Assembly (NCBI GenBank): GCA_950097015.1
Contig: CATNEN010000002.1
Coordinates: forward strand, 5,580,001 to 5,644,000
Length of the DNA stretch: 64,000 bases
Source: Macrostomum hystrix
Taxonomy: Eukaryota; Animalia; Platyhelminthes
Reading direction: 5' to 3'
Within the stretch, counting starts at the first letter, position 1, and each line of letters begins with the position of its first letter. Below, in pieces: positions 12,409 through 23,263 of the stretch. The translations under genes and the position numbers were made by a program. The notes beneath the pieces are model-generated. The model was not told the origin of the DNA and did not search any database. It worked only from the letters and a program-made list of their open reading frames with translations.

Positions 12409-12506
12409 TCACTTCTCGTTCTTCCACCGGGCCATAAGGTATTCAGCATAGTCTATGTAGCCGTCCTTGTCCAAGTCGTGCTCATCGATAATGTGGTCGA
12501 TTTCCT
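12409..12506 (-). CDS. MCFD2: MCFD2-like exon 4 (EF-hand 2, stop)
   Basis: EIDHIIDEHDLDKDGYIDYAEYLMARWKNEK*; acceptor gcccag|AG; TGA at 12411-12409. Confidence 0.88.
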
Positions 12507-12605
12507 CTGGGCAAATGAATGGATTTGAAATGCGGATCTATGCTAATATTTTGAGAATATGGTAATGTACAAATTTCGAAGCGTAGTTTAATTGACTCAA
12601 CTCAC

Positions 12606-12784
12606 TCTCGATGGACACGTATTTCTCGGCAACGAGCCGGTCCCGCTTCTCAGACACCTGCTTGGGTGTGAGGGTTCGCTGCTCCTCCGGGGTCAGGAAG
12701 TTAACATCGACAAAATCGTAGTGACTCATCGCCTTGAGCATCTCTAGGCCGTCCAGCTTGCTATTTTTGTCGTAGTCGTGTGAT
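12606..12784 (-). CDS. MCFD2: MCFD2-like exon 3 (EF-hand 1)
   Basis: SHDYDKNSKLDGLEMLKAMSH is a canonical 12-residue EF loop; acceptor gatcag|A, donor A|GTGAGT. Confidence 0.88.
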
Positions 12785-12814
12785 CTGATCAAATTGAAAG
12801 CGAATTATGAGTGG

Positions 12815-14990
12815 CCGTGAATGGTGTTGATGCACAGGTGTCAGCTGTGAATGGTGTTGATGATGCACAGGTGTCAGCTGTGAATTGTGTTGATGATGCA
12901 CAGGTGTCAGCTGTGAATTGTGTTGATGATGCACAGGTGTCAGCTGTGAATGGTGTTGATGATGCACAGGTGTCAGCTGTGAATTGTTTTGATGATGCAC
13001 AGGTGTCAGCTGTGAATTGTGTTGATGATGCACAGGTGTCAGCTGTGAATGGTGTTGATGATGCACAGGTGTCAGCTGTGAATGGTGTTGATGATGCACA
13101 GGTGTCAGCTGTGAATTGTGTTGATGATGCACAGGTGTCAGCTGTGAATTGTGTTGATGATGCACAGGTGTCAGCTGTGAATTGTGTTGATGCACAGGTG
13201 TCAGCTGTGAATGGTGTTGATGATGCACAGGTGTCAGCTGTGAATTGTGTTGATGCACAGGTGTCAGCTGTGAATGGTGTTGATGATGCACAGGTGTCAG
13301 CTGTGAATTGTGTTGATGATGCACAGGTGTCAGCTGTGAATTGTTTTGATGATGCACAGGTGTCAGCTGTGAATTGTTTTGATGATGCACAGGTGTCAGC
13401 TGTGAATTGTTTTGATGATGCACAGGTGTCAGCTGTGAATTGTGTTGATGATGCACAGGTGTCAGCTGTGAATTGTTTTGATGATGCACAGGTGTCAGCT
13501 GTGAATTGTGTTGATGATGCACAGGTGTCAGCTGTGAATTGTGTTGATGATGCACAGGTGTCAGCTGTGAATTGTGTTGATGATGCACAGGTGTCAGCTG
13601 TGAATTGTGTTGATGATGCACAGGTGTCAGCTGTGAATTGTGTTGATGATGCACAGGTGTCAGCTGTGAATTGTGTTGATGCACAGGTGTCAGCTGTGAA
13701 TGGTGTTGATGATGCACAGGTGTCAGCTGTGAATTGTGTTGATGCACAGGTGTCAGCTGTGAATGGTGTTGATGCACAGGTGTCAGCTGTGAATGGTGTT
13801 GATGCACAGGTGTCAGCTGTGAATTGTGTTGATGCACAGGTGTCAGCTGTGAATTGTGTTGATGATGCACAGGTGTCAGCTGTGAATTGTGTAGATGATG
13901 CACAGGTGTCAGCTGTGAATTGTGTAGATGATGCACAGGTGTCAGCTGTGAATTGTGTTGATGCACAGGTGTCAGCTGTGAATGGTGTTGATGATGCACA
14001 GGTGTCAGCTGTGAATGGTGTTGATGCACAGGTGTCAGCTGTGAATGGTGTTGATGCACAGGTGTCAGCTGTGAATTGTGTTGATGATGCACAGGTGTCA
14101 GCTGTGAATTGTGTAGATGATGCACAGCTGTCAGCTGTGAATAGTGTTGGTGATGCACAGGTGTCAGCTGTGAATGGTGTTGGTGATTTACATGTGCGTT
14201 GGTGATGCTCAGGTATTAGCTGTGAATTGTGTTGATGCACAGGTGTCAGCTGTGAATGGTGTTGATGCACAGGTGTCAGCTGTGAATTGTGTTGATGATG
14301 CACAGGTGTCAGCTGTGAATTGTGTTGATGATGCACAGGTGTCAGCTGTGAATTGTGTTGATGATGCACAGGTGTCAGCTGTGAATTGTGTTGATGATGC
14401 ACAGGTGTCAGCTGTGAATTGTGTTGATGCACAGGTGTCAGCTGTGAATGGTGTTGATGATGCACAGGTGTCAGCTGTGAATTGTGTTGATGCACAGGTG
14501 TCAGCTGTGAATGGTGTTGATGCACAGGTGTCAGCTGTGAATGGTGTTGATGCACAGGTGTCAGCTGTGAATTGTGTTGATGCACAGGTGTCAGCTGTGA
14601 ATTGTGTTGATGATGCACAGGTGTCAGCTGTGAATTGTGTAGATGATGCACAGGTGTCAGCTGTGAATTGTGTAGATGATGCACAGGTGTCAGCTGTGAA
14701 TTGTGTTGATGCACAGGTGTCAGCTGTGAATGGTGTTGATGATGCACAGGTGTCAGCTGTGAATGGTGTTGATGCACAGGTGTCAGCTGTGAATGGTGTT
14801 GATGCACAGGTGTCAGCTGTGAATGGTGTTGATGCACAGGTGTCAGCTGTGAATGGTGTTGATGCACAGGTGTCAGCTGTGAATGGTGTTGATGCACAGG
14901 TGTCAGCTGTGAATGGTGTTGATGCACAGGTGTCAGCTGTGAATGGTGTTGATGCACAGGTGTCAGCTGTGAATGGTGTTGGTGATGCAC
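12815..14990. repeat. 33/30-bp minisatellite (GATGATGCACAGGTGTCAGCTGTGAATTGTGTT)
   Basis: In MCFD2 intron 2; the source of several spurious ORFs. Confidence 0.96.
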
Positions 14991-15509
14991 AGCTGAATGC
15001 TGAATGGTTAGTTGTGATGAGCCCTAAATTATTTGCTGTGAATAATTAAATGAAGAAATGTAACACAGCACTGATCCTGGATGCACTTTTTAAGATGTAC
15101 TCGTAATTTAGGGCCAGCGAATGCACCAACATATTGCACCCAGTTAATTCTCAAATCGGCTCAGAGTATTAATCCTAGCTTTTTAATCCAATTAGCATTT
15201 CCGATTCCCCCAGAATAATCAGCCTGCTGGTTTTGGGCATCACGAAGCTCCATCGTGCTCATTATGAGGTTTTTATGATTTCCAAGTTTGGCGTTTGTTA
15301 TTGAAGGACAAACTCTAATCAGAATCTGCACTTGCAGTTTTTGTGAGGCTTTACCAAGTTGAGTTCGTGTTTCTTAATATCTAATCGCCATAATATATCA
15401 AATAAATTATCAAATTATCAAATTATGGGCAGTACGTATGCAGTTAAGTAGTATCTTTGTGTAAGGAGAAAATGTGAAAATGCTAATGGTTTGACGATAG
15501 CCAAGAGTT

Positions 15510-15920
15510 ATCCCAAGTTGTCCCATGCGATCCAAGCAATCCCAAGCAATCTTTAAGTAATTTTAAGTAGTTCCAATATATCCAAAGTTATCCCAAGATA
15601 TCTCAAAATATCCCAAGATAGCCCAAGATATCCCCAGATATCCCAAGATGTCCCAAATTATCCCCAAGATATCCCAAGACATCCTAAGACATCCCAAGAT
15701 ATCCCAAGACATCCTAAGACATCCCAAGACATCCCAAGATATCCCAAGACATCCCAAGATATCCCAAGACATCCCAAGACATCCCAAGATATCACAAGAT
15801 ATCCCAAGACATCCCAAGATATCCCAAGACATCCCAAGATATCCCAAGACATCCCAAGACATCCCATGATATCCCAAGATATCCCAAGACATCCCAAGAG
15901 ATCACAAGATATCCCAAGTT
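15510..15920. repeat. 10-bp minisatellite (ATCCCAAGAT/C)
   Basis: Direct inspection. Confidence 0.9.
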
Positions 15921-16416
15921 ACCCCAGTTTAGAACAAGTAATTTTTATGTAGTCCTATAGTTAGTCTAAATTAATCCTAGTTTATCCTAGTTGTCAAGCA
16001 GTTAAGCAAACAAGGACTACAAAAGTAATATTCGATACTTCAGTAGTCCTAGAAAGCAAACCTGCCGAGCCTAGGGTTGTAGATTTTTACTTTACAAACT
16101 TTGAGTACTTTTGTAAGGTATTAAGAGCCTACGTCAGACAGTTTATACTACATAATAGTGCAGAAATGCACCTAGTACTCGTACAATCGGGATTAAACAT
16201 GCGAAATACTCGGCATCTAAGATCGAAGCTTTCATTTCTAAGCTTGAGAGTGCAGATCAATAAGCCGTGTTTGCGGGGCCAGAGAAGTCGGCTAATCCCT
16301 CAACTTCCCCAGCAGTGCTGCCCAGTCTGCGAGCTAGCGTCAAATTCCCTCGTTGATTTCGTGAGCTGCAGTGAGGGTTGAGGCATATTGAGCTGCTGTT
16401 GAGTTTGCGGACTCAC

Positions 16417-16506
16417 TTGAACTCGTAGAACTCCAGCTCCGATTTGCTCATCTCTTTCGGATCCTTGTCGATGCCGAAATCCTCGCTTAGGTGAGACTTG
16501 ATGTGG
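16417..16506 (-). CDS. MCFD2: MCFD2-like exon 2
   Basis: HIKSHLSEDFGIDKDPKEMSKSELEFYEF resembles MCFD2 HIMEHL...EMSPQELQLHYF; acceptor tctcag|C, donor AA|GTGAGT. Confidence 0.85.
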
Positions 16507-16819
16507 CTGAGAACAGTTGAGGGTGCTTCGATCTGTCATCAATTATTGCTTGGGGAGGATTGGGGATTTTAAAACTCCCAAGGGATTTTTGGTGGTTAAA
16601 AAGGCTATAGTTGCGTTTCATTCGAAAGTCACGAACTTCATTGAGCCGTGAATTATAGTACAGCTGTCATTGTGGACAAGTTCGTTCCCAATACGTTCCA
16701 CAATGAGATTTTACCCTCTGACATGACCTCGATGTCAGTGATTTCATTTTAGATTTTTTGGGTCAGTAGAAATTCATCACGGAAAGGATTGATGATTGGT
16801 GTTTCTATAATAAGGATCG

Positions 16820-17540
16820 ATAAGGGTATTTAGGATCGATTGGGATATTTAGGATCGATAGGGGTATTTAGGATCGATAGGGGTATTTAGGATCGATAGG
16901 GATATTTAGGATCAATTGGGGTATTTAGGATCGATAGGGGTATTTAGGATCGATAGAGATATTTAGGATCAATAGGGATATTTAGGATCGATAGGGATAT
17001 TTAGGATCGATAGAGATATTTAGGATCAATAGGGATATTTAGGATCGATAGGGATATTTAGGATCGATAGGGGTATTTAGGATCAATAGGGATATTTAGG
17101 ATCGATAGGGGTATTTAGGATCGATAGGGATATTTAGGATCGATAGGGGTATTTAGGATCAATAGGGATATTTAGGATCAATAGGGATATTTAGGATCAA
17201 TAGGGATATTTAGGATCAATAGGGGTATTTAGGATCAATAGGGATATTTAGGATCGATAGGGGTATTTAGGATCAATAGGGATATTTAGGATCAATAGGG
17301 ATATTTAGGATCGATAGGGATATTCAGGATCAATAGGGGTATTTAGGATCGATAGGGGTATTTAGGATCAATAGGGATATTTAGGATCGATAGGGGTATT
17401 TAGGATCAATAGGGATATTTAGGATCAATAGGGATATTCAGGATCAATAGGGATATTTAGGATCGATAGGGGTATTTAGGATCGATAGGGATATTTAGGA
17501 TCGATAGGGATATTTAGGATCAATAGGGGTATTTAGGATC
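16820..17540. repeat. 20-bp minisatellite (GGGATATTTAGGATCGATAG)
   Basis: In MCFD2 intron 1. Confidence 0.94.
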
Positions 17541-17549
17541 AGTGAGAGT

Positions 17550-17718
17550 AGTGTACACTGCCTGAAGATGAGAAAGTCAGGGCAGATGTACACACCTGTG
17601 TGAGTGTGTGCCTGCGTACGGTATCTGTGTGCGTGTGTGATCAGGAGTCAGCGAAATGGGCAGAATTGCCTCCTCGCTGGCTGTGGGTCTAGTGTCACCA
17701 AATGATGTGCCACTGCCC
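17550..17718. repeat. Dispersed ~170-bp structured element, copy 1 (MCFD2 intron 1)
   Basis: Directly alignable with 53528-53693 in two conserved blocks. Confidence 0.9.
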
Positions 17719-17778
17719 TGTTCATATGATTATATTATTAAATCGTTTCATTAGCAACTAAAATGTCACGTGACTCAC

Positions 17779-17921
17779 TCCGCATTGGTCATAACTCGAT
17801 CGTCGTGAATGCCTCCGTGAGCAGAGTGATGATGACCGACATCAGCTGCGCAGGGAGTCGCAGCCATGATGTACATTAGTACAGTCAGCAGACAAACTTG
17901 TGCTACGCCAGATACAGCCAT
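17779..17921 (-). CDS. MCFD2: MCFD2-like EF-hand secretory cargo receptor, exon 1 of 4 (17779-17921, 16417-16506, 12606-12784, 12409-12506; 169 aa)
   Basis: Not in the ORF track. MAVSGVAQVCLLTVLMYIMAATPCAA is signal-peptide-like, followed by His-rich DVGHHHSAHGG; donor GA|GTGAGT (phase 2) joins exon 2 in frame. Confidence 0.8.
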
Positions 17922-18196
17922 GTTGGTTAGTAAACAATGCAACAAAAAACTGATACGATTTGATAGTCTTATGGATTTCTACTTATTATTTTAGGCCTCT
18001 TTAAAGCCAATGGACTGACAACTGACGATTTCTCATGGCAGGCCCCTAAACAACTGTAGGTCAGTTGTGGATATCGAGCTTTTGTTAGGCCTGCTCGATC
18101 GTACACACTGGCTACTTATCTACGAGTATCTAGCGATTCTTATTGTACGCTTGCTGGTTTTTCAATATTACACTGCGCTGTGCTGGAGTTACGTGT

Positions 18197-19570
18197 TGAG
18201 ACACTGAAGGTTTGGAGGTGTGACAGCTGAGACACTGAAGGTTTGGAGGTGTAACAGCTGAGACACTGAAGGTTTGGAGGTGAAACAGCTGAGACACTGA
18301 AGGTTTGGAGGTGTAACAGCTGAGACACTGAAGGTTTGGAGGTGTGACAACTGAGACACTGAAGGTTTGGAGGTGTAACAGCTGAGACACTGAAGGTTTG
18401 GAGGTGTGACAACTGAGACACTGAAGGTTTGGAGGTGTAACAGCTGAGGCACTGAAGGTTTGGAGGTGTAACAGCTGAGACACTGAAGGTTTGGAGGTGA
18501 AACAGCTGAGACACTGAAGGTTTGGAGGTGTAACAGTTGAGACACTGAAGGTTTGGAGGTGAAACAGCTGAGACACTGAAGGTTTGGAGGTGTAACAGCT
18601 GAGACACTGAAGGTTTGGAGGTGTGACAACTGAGACACTGAAGGTTTGGAGGTGTAACAGCTGAGACACTGAAGGTTTGGAGGTGTAACAGCTGAGACAC
18701 TGAAGGTTTGGAGGTGTAACAGCTGAGACACTGAAGGTTTGGAGGTGTGACAACTGAGACACTGAAGGTTTGGAGGTGTAACAGCTGAGACACTGAAGGT
18801 TTGGAGGTGTAACAGCTGAGACACTGAAGGTTTGGAGGTGTAACAGCTGAGACACTGAAGGTTTGGAGGTGTGACAACTGAGACACTGAAGGTTTGGAGG
18901 TGTAACAGCTGAGGCACTGAAGGTTTGGAGGTGTAACAGCTGAGACACTGAAGGTTTGGAGGTGAAACAGCTGAGACACTGAAGGTTTGGAGGTGTAACA
19001 GCTGAGACACTGAAGGTTTGGAGGTGAAACAGCTGAGACACTGAAGGTTTGGAGGTGTAACAGCTGAGACACTGAAGGTTTGGAGGTGTGACAACTGAGA
19101 CACTGAAGGTTTGGAGGTGTAACAGCTGAGACACTGAAGGTTTGGAGGTGAAACAGCTGAGACACTGAAGGTTTGGAGGTGTAACAGCTGAGACACTGAA
19201 GGTTTGGAGGTGTGACAACTGAGACACTGAAGGTTTGGAGGTGTAACAGCTGAGACACTGAAGGTTTGGAGGTGTAACAGCTGAGACACTGAAGGTTTGG
19301 AGGTGTAACAGCTGAGACACTGAAGGTTTGGAGGTGTGACAACTGAGACACTGAAGGTTTGGAGGTGTAACAGCTGAGACACTGAAGGTTTGGAGGTGTA
19401 ACAGCTGAGACACTGAAGGTTTGGAGGTGAAACAGCTGAGACACTGAAGGTTTGGAGGTGTGACAGCTGAGACACTGAAGGTTTGGAGGTGTGACAGCTG
19501 AGACACTGAAGGTTTGGAGGTGTAACAGCTGAGACACTGAAGGTTTGGAGGTGTAACAGCTGAGACACTG
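18197..19570. repeat. 31-bp minisatellite (GAGACACTGAAGGTTTGGAGGTGTAACAGCT)
   Basis: Upstream of the MCFD2 ATG. Confidence 0.96.
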
Positions 19571-20681
19571 AATGGCTTCGGAGCTGCTGTAACAGCTGAG
19601 GTTTTCAGTTATTTGAAGTCAATACGGCTGCAGGTGACAAATGTGAAGTAATTCAAGTAAATCTCATGTTTTCTGAAGCCATGCACATCTTCGAAAAACT
19701 AAACAGGTAAAACTTCGTGATAAAAATTTGGAAAATGAATTTGATATAGAAATCGACCCCGAAATTTGATTACTTTTAACTGAGTACTCAGCTCATTAAA
19801 TGTGAATAATGTTCTCGGTCATGCATGTTAGAAGACACGTCGCACGATGCTTAAACAGACAGTTGATCCTGACTCAAAATTCTGATCCCATGCAATGAGA
19901 CTTGGAACAATAAAGGTCGCTGAGTTCTGGCCCAGTTTTTCATCTAGTTGGAAAGTACGCTTGAATGATCAGTAAAACAAAACCCGATTGCTAAGTACAA
20001 GCTAGCTGTCAATTTCTAAGACATTTAATTGTTTCTTGAACTTTGCACACTTTATTGTTTTATGAATCGGACCAATCACCATCTTGAAATAAAATATTTT
20101 TCCTGATAATTTAAAGCAGGAAAAGCTTTTGATTTCTAAGTACTTTAGTTGGCTTTTTAACAGTTATAGAAACACCACGAGGTATTTCAAATCCCCATAT
20201 TTTTTCTCCATCTTCGAAAATATTCAACCAATCGCCATTAACACCCGAACCCGAGCTAAAATTTCCCACTCTATCCGATGAAACAACTTCCAGAATCACA
20301 AGACATCGGCATCGTCTAGATATTCAACAATTCTCATCAGGGTGTCTGGTGGCAAAAGCCACAAATATAAGCATCATTTTTCTGCTCACAAAATTTCATC
20401 ATTACCCATGTCGGCTAATATTGTTGACTAGACACCACACTCCCAGGCACGAAGACAGACAGCAGTTGCGACACAGCAGAAAGCGAACGAGAGGAGGGCA
20501 CCGTCTATGGCCCACGTACAATATATTTGCACATAAAAGTTTCGAAGAAAGAATTAAAAAAGCAAACAAAAAGGCTAAAGCAAGAAAAAGGAAGCAAAAA
20601 AAAAATTTTCACACCACGCAGCGCGAAGAGACAAGGCGGGTACGCGGGTGCCGGCTGAAATACAACCCAGCTCAAGGCAGA

Positions 20682-20860
20682 GGGGTGGGTGCCTGGGGTG
20701 GGTGCCTGGGGTGGGTGCCTGGGGTTGGTGCCTGGGGTGGGTGCCTGGGGTGGGTGCCTGGGGTGGGTGCTTGGGGTGGGTGCCTGGGGTGGGTGCCTGG
20801 GGTGGGTGCCTGGGGTGGGTGCCTGGGGGTGGGTGCCTGGGGTGGGTGCCTGGGGTGGGT
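20682..20860. repeat. 13-bp G-rich minisatellite (GGGTGCCTGGGGT)
   Basis: Direct inspection. Confidence 0.92.
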
Positions 20861-21330
20861 GTTTACACCCAATCAGCGAGCGCCGATTGGACACTATATT
20901 ATTTTGGTTTTATAGTTCATTTTTTATTTTTGAACCAATATGGATTCGCCATAGAAATTCATTCAGAGCGATTATTAGTTATCCTTGTCACAGGGTCTTC
21001 GACAAGAAACGCTGAATATCTAAAGGATGCTAACTTCGGACGGCTTTGAAAGTTAGTTGATCGTAAAGGGCGGAAAATTTAGATTCTTATGGTAGACTTC
21101 ACGAAAATCTTGAAGTATTTGATATACCCCCGTTGTCTCTTCCCAGCTGCAAAATAGCGTGGTTTTTCTAATTGTTAATAAAAGTAATAATAATGGTTAA
21201 GCAATAAAATTCACGTCGTTTTACATCAAACTCTGTTTGAAATTCAGGGAATCAAGTTTCGATTTTTTCCGGAGTATATTTTCTAAGAATCAGAGTATCT
21301 GCTTAGATAAACTGTATGAGATGAGCTGCC

Positions 21331-21417
21331 ATTGGCTACGGCCAGTAGCCAATCAGGAGCCAGTTAGAGACGTGGGCGATTTGGATTCACCACGCATGCG
21401 TGGGAGACTTTATAAAA
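21331..21417 (+). promoter_or_regulatory. Globin core promoter: ATTGG (21331-21335), CCAAT (21349-21353), TATAAAA (21411-21417)
   Basis: Motifs read directly from the sequence, with spacing typical of a Pol II promoter ~90 nt upstream of the ATG. Confidence 0.5.
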
Positions 21418-21501
21418 AGCCGCAGATCACGGCTGTCCAGCTCGAGTCTGGCAGATCGCTTAGCAACCGCGCTCGCACAGCCGACACAACAGACCGCGCC
21501 A

Positions 21502-21749
21502 ATGGGTTGCGCTCAGGTGAAGGGACGCATAGGAGCAGTGAACTTTGGCGACTTGCCACTCAACGACCAATCGGACAAAATCCGAACCCAGCTGGACTGT
21601 CTCAGCGAGGCCAGGCCGGTTGTTGGCGCGACCGCGAAATCAATCGATCCCAAACTGGGATTAGGCGAGCGGGAGCTTTACAAGCTCAAGACATCTTGGA
21701 AAGCCGTGCACAGGAATGTGGCTGACACCGGAGTCGAGATGTTCATCAG
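21502..21749 (+). CDS. Globin (globin X-like, predicted N-acylated), exon 1 of 3 (21502-21749, 37168-37399, 38773-38910; 205 aa)
   Basis: Starts MGCAQVKG; A/B helices LGERELYKLKTSWKAV..NVADTGVEMFI; donor AG|GTGAGC at the canonical globin B12.2 position. Confidence 0.85.
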
Positions 21750-21864
21750 GTGAGCACGTGACTCACGCGATTCTCGTGAAGCTGCGGTGAATTCTCCCTC
21801 CCTATTTCTCCAACCAACTTCCTACACATCTCTCTTGTTCTCTCTCTGTCTCGCTAAATCTATT

Positions 21865-22230
21865 TTAATCTACCTTCATCTCCTTTCATCTCACATCATC
21901 TTCCATCATCTCCCTTCATCTCCCTTCATCTCTCTTAATCTCTCTTAATCTCTCTTAATCTCTACTCATCTCCCTTCTTCTCCCTTTATCACCCTTCATC
22001 TCTATTCTTCTCCCTCCATATCCTTTCATTGTCCTTCATCTCCCTTCATCTCCCATCATCTCCCTTCATCTCCCTTCATCTCCCTTCATCTCCATACGTC
22101 TACCTTCATCTCCCTTCATCTCCATACATCTCCCTTCATTTCCCTTCATATCCCTTCATCTACCTTCAACTCCCTTCATCTCCATACATCTCCCTTCCTC
22201 TCCCTTCATCTCCTTTCGCCACCCTTCATC
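21865..22230. repeat. 10-bp pyrimidine repeat (TCCCTTCATC)
   Basis: In globin intron 1. Confidence 0.88.
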
Positions 22231-22526
22231 TTCCAAAAGCCGGTAGACTCAGTATTAAGGAAAGTGTCTAGCTATAGCAGGACAGCTCAATGCCACCACA
22301 GCAGCACATTGCCTAAATTAGGATATAGGATCAAATTCCCAGCAGACAGTGTTGCCAGTCGCGATATATACTCTAGAGCCGGGGGCGCGGCTGAGTTCTC
22401 AGGATTTGAGCAGTCAGGTGACTTTTGTTTCAAGATAAAGGCGAGGAGGCCTGACTGCGCAACAAATGTTCTGCAAAAGAATACCCCGCCCATTACTCAT
22501 TCAGTCATTATTCGTCCCTTTAATTG

Positions 22527-22890
22527 ACTCTCCCGATGTCACTCTCCCGATGTCACTTTCCCGATGTCACTTTCCCGATGGCATTCTCCTGATGTAACTC
22601 CCCCGATGTCACTCTCCCGATGTCACTCGCCCGATGTCACTCTCCCGATGTCACTCTCCCGATGTCACTCTCCCGATGTCACTCTCCCGATGTCACTCTC
22701 CCGATGTCACTCTCCCGATGTCACTCTCCCGATGTCACTCTCCCGATGTCACTCTCCCGATGTCACTCTCCCGATGTCACTCTCCCGATGTCACTCTCCC
22801 GATGTCACTCTCCCGATGTCATTCTCCCGATGTCACTCTCCCGATGTCACTCTCCCGATGTCATCTCCCGATGTCACTCTCCCGATGTCA
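22527..22890. repeat. 14-bp minisatellite (GATGTCACTCTCCC)
   Basis: In globin intron 1. Confidence 0.94.
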
Positions 22891-23263
22891 CTCTCCCTCT
22901 CATTAGTTCACGCTGTACTGCGCTCTATTTGAGGCTCCTGTGTCTCCTTGCGTGTCAGTTAATAAATATGTTCTTTATAATTCTTCGACTCTTAATCCGA
23001 GTTGAGCCGATGGAGTTTGTCAGAGCGGTGATGATGAAATCGCATCGAGGCAGGTCATCACTCAATATCCTTGTTCGAATTCGGATTAAAGAACTCAGAC
23101 GGTACTTTGTTTCGGGCCTGCAGTTATACCTGAGTAAGCTCAATGCAAAGCTGATAACCAGATACAAAAAAGTCAAGTACAGCTCACCGTGTAGGCCGCT
23201 TTATCCGTGACAAGCAGCTTAGAACGAGGTAAGCAGTGTATGCGATGGGAAATTGGGTATTTA

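Noticed and set aside
17560-17582. CTGA(A/C)GATGAGAAA as a hammerhead ribozyme core
   Set aside because: There is no room for stem II between CUGANGA and GAAA, and the bases are better explained as a simple hairpin.
1195-19570. Long repetitive ORFs (MVYDYPK, HHQHNSQLTPV, SQLLHLQTF, ETRYENR and similar)
   Set aside because: They are translations of minisatellites, open in several frames and on both strands, and lie in introns or spacers of real genes.
22955-23176. 73-aa ORF next to the mariner as a transposase remnant
   Set aside because: It has no recognisable catalytic or structural motif.
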